A DNA stretch of 60,890 bases, taken from contig CAZGEP010000006.1 in the NCBI GenBank assembly GCA_964524955.1, positions 1 to 60,890 on the forward strand. Reading direction: 5' to 3'. Under the pieces are notes generated by a model. The model worked only from the letters and a program-made list of their open reading frames with translations, was not told the origin of the DNA and made no database searches. The stretch comes from an uncultured Planctomycetota bacterium (GTDB lineage Bacteria; Planctomycetota; CAZGEP01). Position 1 is the first letter of the stretch; every line of letters begins with the position of its first letter. Position numbers and translations under genes: made by a program. Shown here one piece after another: positions 57,041-60,890 of the stretch.

Positions 57041-58348
57041 TTATCTTAAATCTGAGAGAATTGTGTCAATGCATCCGCGTATCGAATCTTCCAGCACGGG
57101 CGTATACATGCCGCGACCAGGTTCGTATCCTCCCTGCTTGTACATCTCTGCTGTCGGAAGATAGAACCATGAGTAATCTCTATACGCGGCGCAGGCGAGA
57201 AACCGGTCAGCAACGAGCGAATGCGCATAGAGTTGATATTCAACGACCGTTTCAGAGGGGAAAGAGAGCAGGGATACATCCGGACCGATGTCCATCCTCT
57301 GAATGGTTGGATGTTTTTTGCGGCTCAGCCGTCGGAGCGCAAGCAGCTTGCGGGCAGACAGGAAGGCTGCGGCTTCAGTTTCAGCGTTTTTGAGTTCAGC
57401 GAGCAGCTTCTTTTCTGAAATTCCTGAAGCCACTGGCGGACAGAATTTCCTGCTTTTACAACAGATGAGACCAGGTTCCCTGGGTTCAAGGTATGTCAGA
57501 TTCTTCAGGATTTCACTGCCAAGCGTCTGGCTGAGCTGTTTAAGGTTCTTTTCCTTTGAACCGGTTGTGTATTTGCCAAATGTTACATTTGCTCCGCAAC
57601 CCGTAAAATACATTTGAACTGCGTCAGGATCGTCAAAGCGCTTTTCGACATAGCGGAGTGCGTACCCTGGTACATCGCCGCCGATCATATTGCGATGATA
57701 CGCCACCTGAGGATGTGTGGCATAAAAGTGAAGTGCTGCGATTATCTGTCCGTTGCGTCCCCGGAAAGAAATCGTTCGCAGAAAGGGGTCAATAATACCA
57801 ACCGGTTCTTTTCTCAGTTTTCGATCTCCGCACATACTGAACCGCATAGCCTTGACCGTATTGTCCGGGCTCAGTAGCCTGCGGTTTGCACCCAGCTTCT
57901 GTACACGCCTTTCCGCAGTTTCAATCCGCCGGACAGACTTCCATTTGCGGGGACGCAGAGCAGCTGTAACGCCTTCTGAAACCGTACGTTTCAGCTGTGA
58001 CCAGTATTCGTTTGTCACATTGGGTTCGAATCCGGAGGAAATAACCAGATGATCTGTATCCCGTCCAATACACAGGGAATCGTGCTGATGAACCGCATGG
58101 AGATATACATTGGACGGACGGCATTCGGCTGCGGATGCAATCAGACGAGTCAGGTCTTCATGAGATTGATTGCTGATGCCGATCACATCTGCGACAGCCA
58201 GAACAACCGTGGATTTTCCATCATTCAGTCCAATGCCGCGCAGGTAGATGGGGGTATCCACCTTTCTGTTGACCCCATAAGCGATTGGATGACCTGCAGG
58301 AGGGGTGATATCGATCTTAAAGGGCGCAGCTTTCAGCGAGCTTTTCAT
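57041..58348 (-). CDS. neutral-ceramidase-like metal-dependent hydrolase (putative)
   Basis: IDITPP, HAVHQHD, IDP, FYATHP, GDVPG, GCGANV..GKY, YLPT.E...GGYE. Confidence 0.65.
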   Translation of the reverse strand: MKSSLKAAPFKIDITPPAGHPIAYGVNRKVDTPIYLRGIGLNDGKSTVVLAVADVIGISNQSHEDLTRLIASAAECRPSNVYLHAVHQHDSLCIGRDTDHLVISSGFEPNVTNEYWSQLKRTVSEGVTAALRPRKWKSVRRIETAERRVQKLGANRRLLSPDNTVKAMRFSMCGDRKLRKEPVGIIDPFLRTISFRGRNGQIIAALHFYATHPQVAYHRNMIGGDVPGYALRYVEKRFDDPDAVQMYFTGCGANVTFGKYTTGSKEKNLKQLSQTLGSEILKNLTYLEPREPGLICCKSRKFCPPVASGISEKKLLAELKNAETEAAAFLSARKLLALRRLSRKKHPTIQRMDIGPDVSLLSFPSETVVEYQLYAHSLVADRFLACAAYRDYSWFYLPTAEMYKQGGYEPGRGMYTPVLEDSIRGCIDTILSDLR

Positions 58349-59645
58349 GCTCTTTCTCCTTGAGTTGGTCAGCGTTTTCAGCAACTTTACGAAAACCAGC
58401 AGCATGCTGGCGGATGATTTCCGGTTGCATGTGTTTGAACCACGGAATCTGATACACCCGGTCAGAGGTGGATTCAGCTACCGGAAGCGTTCCCGGACCC
58501 TGGCGACAATCAACTTCCGCAAAGCTGGCCACAGTAGGAGTACCGAGATGGTAGATGTCTGCCTGGTGAAATACCGGATGTGTGTGCAAAGGAAAGTTCG
58601 GGGCTGCCCTGCAATGGGTTCCTTCTGCCTGGACAGCCTCAATAAACCTTGGCAGGGGCAGGCCGTCGAGTTCTTCGGATCGATAGAGTCCGACCGGGCA
58701 GTACCATCCGCCCATGGTGCAGTCACCCTTCGGGTCCACCCGGTGAGGCCGCAGTCCGGGGACACCTTCCAGCTGATCCCAGAACAAATTCATGGCATCC
58801 TGGATTTCCTGGATACGGCTGTTGTATGATTTGAGCTGCACACGGCACATGGCTGCGGACATCTGATGCATCCGGTGTTTAAACCCGCCCAGGGGGACTC
58901 CAGCGTATTTCTGCAGTTCAGGATCTGAGATACCGGCATCCGTCTGCCCGTACCGCGCCGATCCCATGCGTTCATAATGGCTGAATGCCACAGCACGCTC
59001 ATAGATGGATCGGTCATTAGTAATCAATGCACCGCCTTCACCACAGGCAAGGCTCTTGCCTGTCATCAGGCTGGTACAACCCACATCACTCATGGTGCCG
59101 GCCAGTTGTTCCTTATACCGTGTTCCCTGGGCATGGCTGAAATCTTCGAGGATCTTCAGTCCGTGAGTTTTGGCAATAGAGCGGATTCGATCCATGTCCG
59201 CAGGGTGACCGTAGAGGTGAACAACGATCAGGGCTTTGGTGCGGGGGGTAATTCGGTGTTCGATATCATCGGGATCCATGCACAATGTGTCTGCATCGAT
59301 ATCACAGAACACCGGAACCGCATTCAGCATCAGCAACTGGGCGGCACTGGCCCAGTAGGTCAGAGAGGGGCAGATGACCTCATCGCCCTGACCAATACCC
59401 AGTGCGAACATGCCGCCGAGAATAGCAGATGTACCGTTGCAGTATCCCAATGCGAACTCTGTGCCATGGTATTCAGCCAGGTCCTGTTCCAGTTTGACGG
59501 TTACATCTGTACCGCTCATGGCTCTTCTTCGAAGAACATCAAGCACGGCTGCTTCATCTTCAGCTGTAATAATCGGCCAGTCAAACATCATTGGCGTTTC
59601 TTCTGTAACGCTCTTTGTGCCGTTCTTCAGTGCCAACGCAGACAT
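58317..59645 (-). CDS. DegT/DnrJ/EryC1/StrS family aminotransferase
   Basis: NGTSA, VHLYGHPADMD, EDFSHAQG, SLMTGKSL..GEGG. Confidence 0.92.
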   Translation of the reverse strand: MSALALKNGTKSVTEETPMMFDWPIITAEDEAAVLDVLRRRAMSGTDVTVKLEQDLAEYHGTEFALGYCNGTSAILGGMFALGIGQGDEVICPSLTYWASAAQLLMLNAVPVFCDIDADTLCMDPDDIEHRITPRTKALIVVHLYGHPADMDRIRSIAKTHGLKILEDFSHAQGTRYKEQLAGTMSDVGCTSLMTGKSLACGEGGALITNDRSIYERAVAFSHYERMGSARYGQTDAGISDPELQKYAGVPLGGFKHRMHQMSAAMCRVQLKSYNSRIQEIQDAMNLFWDQLEGVPGLRPHRVDPKGDCTMGGWYCPVGLYRSEELDGLPLPRFIEAVQAEGTHCRAAPNFPLHTHPVFHQADIYHLGTPTVASFAEVDCRQGPGTLPVAESTSDRVYQIPWFKHMQPEIIRQHAAGFRKVAENADQLKEKEHEKLAESCAL

Positions 59646-59656
59646 AGTTTTATCTC

Positions 59657-60676
59657 CTACGAAATTAAAGTTTTATGACTTTTGCGTTTGACCAGGACCG
59701 GAGTGCTGGAATATGTATGTTTGTCCGGATGTGTATGAATGATCGTAATAACGCGTTTGACCAAACGGGGTACTGGAACCGAAAGCGTTGTGAGCGGGAC
59801 ATTGAATGCTTCACAGACCGTCAGACCGTCAAATCCGGTGACCGTAAGATCTTCAGGGATCCGAACACCCATTTCGATCAGGTCTGCCATGGCATACCCG
59901 GCGACCTCATCGTCATGAAAACAAACCGCCGTAATCTTTCCTGCGCGAAACAGTTTGTGAACCTGTTCAGCAAAGAAAGTACCCTTCTTGCGTAAAGGGA
60001 TGCTGGAGCCTATGCGATCATTCGGCATCTTGACAAGGTGTATACCAGCCTTGATAAAGGGATCTTGTTCTCTGTAATCCGGTAGAACAATGTTCGTATG
60101 CCCGAGTCCTTTGAGAAATCGGGCCAGGACCCTGTCCCCCTTGAGCCTGTCAATACCGACCAGATAACACCCGGCCTCAACCAGCTCTTTCTGCAGTGGA
60201 GAAAGACCGAAGCGGAAGTTGTAAATGATCGTATTGATGTTGGACAGATAGGGGAGTAGATCCGAGAGTTCCTCTTCCCGGATTTCAGCTGAAGAGTAGA
60301 TCCAGACCAGATCGGTGGTGCCGCGGGAAATCAACTCCTTAACACCTTCAACAGCCTTGTCTTTGGGGACCACCATGATTTCCAGACTGGCGGTATCTTC
60401 AGCAAAATGCTCGACCAGGCCGTTAAATGCCTCAATCAGATGGCTGTACAGGTGACCGCAGTGAAGAATGCCAACGCATTTTGATTTGCGATTTCGAAGG
60501 CTCAGTGCTGTTTTGGATCGTACATAACCACGGCGGGCAAGGTGCTGCTCAATCAATTCTGCGGTCCTGGTGGAAATGCCACGTTCCTTTGCCTTGCCGT
60601 TCACAACAGAAGATACGGTCAGGCGACTTAGACCGAGTTCACGGGCAATTGCGGACATGGTTGTTTTCGAACTCAT
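59657..60676 (-). CDS. LacI family transcriptional regulator
   Basis: TMSAIARELGLSRLTVSSVVNG, A.SL hinge, D..A, RIPEDLTVTGFDG, PLTT. Confidence 0.93.
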   Translation of the reverse strand: MSSKTTMSAIARELGLSRLTVSSVVNGKAKERGISTRTAELIEQHLARRGYVRSKTALSLRNRKSKCVGILHCGHLYSHLIEAFNGLVEHFAEDTASLEIMVVPKDKAVEGVKELISRGTTDLVWIYSSAEIREEELSDLLPYLSNINTIIYNFRFGLSPLQKELVEAGCYLVGIDRLKGDRVLARFLKGLGHTNIVLPDYREQDPFIKAGIHLVKMPNDRIGSSIPLRKKGTFFAEQVHKLFRAGKITAVCFHDDEVAGYAMADLIEMGVRIPEDLTVTGFDGLTVCEAFNVPLTTLSVPVPRLVKRVITIIHTHPDKHTYSSTPVLVKRKSHKTLIS

Positions 60677-60702
60677 TACCAGCTCCTGAATTGTAGTAAT
60701 TC

Positions 60703-60741
60703 TTACACGTGTAAAGATAACACGTGTAAAGCTGATGTCAA
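60703..60741 (-). promoter_or_regulatory. lacI-operon promoter overlapped by two palindromic operators
   Basis: Minus-strand TTGACA (60741-60736), 16 nt, TATCTT (60719-60714). TTACACGTGTAA (60703-60714) and TAACACGTGTAA (60718-60729) have the CG centre typical of LacI operators. Confidence 0.7.
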
Positions 60742-60788
60742 GTCAAAAAAATTCTTTTAAAGACGTATCGCGCAGGAATAACAGAGCC

Positions 60789-60817
60789 TTGACAAATCGC
60801 AGTGGTTTAGTTATGAT
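60789..60817 (+). promoter_or_regulatory. sigma70-type promoter for a gene beyond the window
   Basis: TTGACA-17 nt-TATGAT. Confidence 0.6.
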
Positions 60818-60890
60818 AGTGTACGAAAATTGACCGCATTTGATGAGGGAACGTTGAACGGAACATACACAGGAATAACATCACCAACAT

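Noticed and set aside
1-60890. CRISPR array, rRNA or tRNA genes
   Set aside because: No regularly spaced direct repeats, cloverleaf or rRNA-like segments were seen; nearly all long intervals are protein coding. This was judged by eye, not with tRNAscan or Infernal.

Overview
Bacterial chromosomal window of moderate GC. Gene content suggests an anaerobic or facultative PVC-superphylum-like organism, but this is inference only. The left end (1-3450) is part of a mobile element. It carries the 5' part of a CHC2 zinc-finger primase gene, a DUF5659-like gene, a divergent XRE repressor and an orphan RHS toxin-immunity pair. Its non-coding DNA holds a candidate antisense sRNA and two inverted dif-like sites that fold like a single-stranded attP. 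A 13-gene bacterial microcompartment (BMC) operon lies at 10.5-17.6 kb: PduL, 4 BMC-P, 3 BMC-H, PduS, PduT, class II aldolase, acetate kinase and one small unknown protein. It has no aldehyde or alcohol dehydrogenase. The rest is mostly housekeeping and metabolic: cysS, mmsA plus a class III aminotransferase, yjbQ, amrS, an IS1380 element, a Na/Pi transporter-PhoU-PhoB group, a radical SAM enzyme, glycosyltransferases, a metB-like gene and a LacI-regulated operon with two DegT-type aminotransferases. No rRNA, tRNA or CRISPR array was recognised. All family calls come from motif recognition by eye, not from database searches.
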